Assembly (NCBI GenBank): GCA_014444615.1
Contig: PVXE01000004.1
Location: 2,768-66,767, forward strand
Length of the DNA: 64,000 nucleotides
Reading direction: 5' to 3'
Source: Tagaea sp. CACIAM 22H2
Lineage (GTDB): Bacteria; Pseudomonadota; Alphaproteobacteria; CACIAM-22H2
The notes beneath the pieces are model-generated. The model ran no database searches. It was not told the DNA's origin and was given only the letters and a program-made list of their open reading frames with translations. Shown piece by piece: positions 63,801 to 64,000 of the stretch; within the stretch, counting starts at the first letter, position 1; the number at the start of each line of letters is the position of its first letter. Made by a program: the position numbers and the translations under genes.

Positions 63801-64000
63801 GATGGGTCATCCGATCGAGCTTCAGGCGGCGGACGGGCATAGGTTCCAGGCGTGGCGTTCCGACCCGCCCGGCAAGCCCAAGGCCGGCCTGGTGATCCTC
63901 CAGGAGATTTTCGGGCTCAACGAGCACATCCGCAAAACCACGGATTCCTACGGGTATGACGGGTATTTGGCGATCGCCCCGGCGCTGTTCGACCGGGTGA
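63801..64000 (+). CDS. dienelactone hydrolase-family protein, 5-prime partial (runs off right edge)
   Basis: MGHPIELQAADGHRFQAWRSDPPGKPKAGLVILQEIFGLNEHIRKTTDSYGYDGYLAIAPALFDR matches the N-terminus of DLH family (ILQEIFGLN..., APALF). Confidence 0.5.

Overview
Most of this high-GC 64-kb window is ordinary bacterial core genome, but its first ~15 kb is a mosaic accessory island that ends at a tRNA-Glu gene and carries a large helicase-nuclease defence gene. The core genes look alphaproteobacterial. All calls come from reading the sequence and the supplied ORF translations; no database search was run.

**Accessory island (about 3.6-14.9 kb).** Its composition visibly differs from the flanks (by eye, not computed), and it ends at a tRNA-Glu(CUC) gene at 14798-14873. 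It contains:
- a 1583-aa SF1 helicase fused to a Vsr/DUF559-like endonuclease and a DUF3320-like tail (4096-8847), which matches the architecture of the single-gene anti-phage system Hhe;
- an SbcD/Mre11-type nuclease gene that overlaps by 4 bp an SbcC/YhaN-type P-loop ATPase gene, which is cut by the left window edge, transcribed divergently from the Hhe-like gene across a shared AT-rich spacer;
- a frameshifted IS3-family transposase remnant immediately after the Hhe-like gene;
- a strongly AT-rich patch carrying a small ribbon-helix-helix-like ORF;
- two tandem antitoxin-type HTH genes (HigA-like and MqsA-like) with no recognisable toxin partner;
- an array of near-identical 75-bp direct repeats built from GTCAC/GTGAC motifs, and an 11-bp perfect palindrome, both just upstream of a large serine recombinase gene;
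- the recombinase gene itself, whose last 41 nt run antisense through the 3-prime end of the tRNA-Glu.

**Core genome (14.9-64 kb).** Mostly housekeeping genes:
- ltaE, rluD-like, rpoH, ybdK plus N-formylglutamate amidohydrolase, glycerate kinase, pyk, dps, an ABC exporter, panE, an aspartate aminotransferase;
- a truncated kdpD with kdpE sitting next to kup rather than kdpABC;
- uvrB translationally coupled to an MFS transporter, an SDR and folB;
- uvrC, pgsA, mobB-moeA-moaD-moaE, a MipA/OmpV porin, ilvE, a MarR regulator, an OmpR/EnvZ-like pair, csaA, a phasin;
- the pgeF, DUF185 methyltransferase and lgt cluster, hldD, ubiK, proC, prs, rplY, pth, ychF;
- an M48 protease and several lipoproteins, and a partial dienelactone hydrolase at the right edge.

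Many long ORFs in the supplied track are high-GC off-frame or N-terminally over-extended artefacts. Where homology identifies an internal start I trimmed to it.
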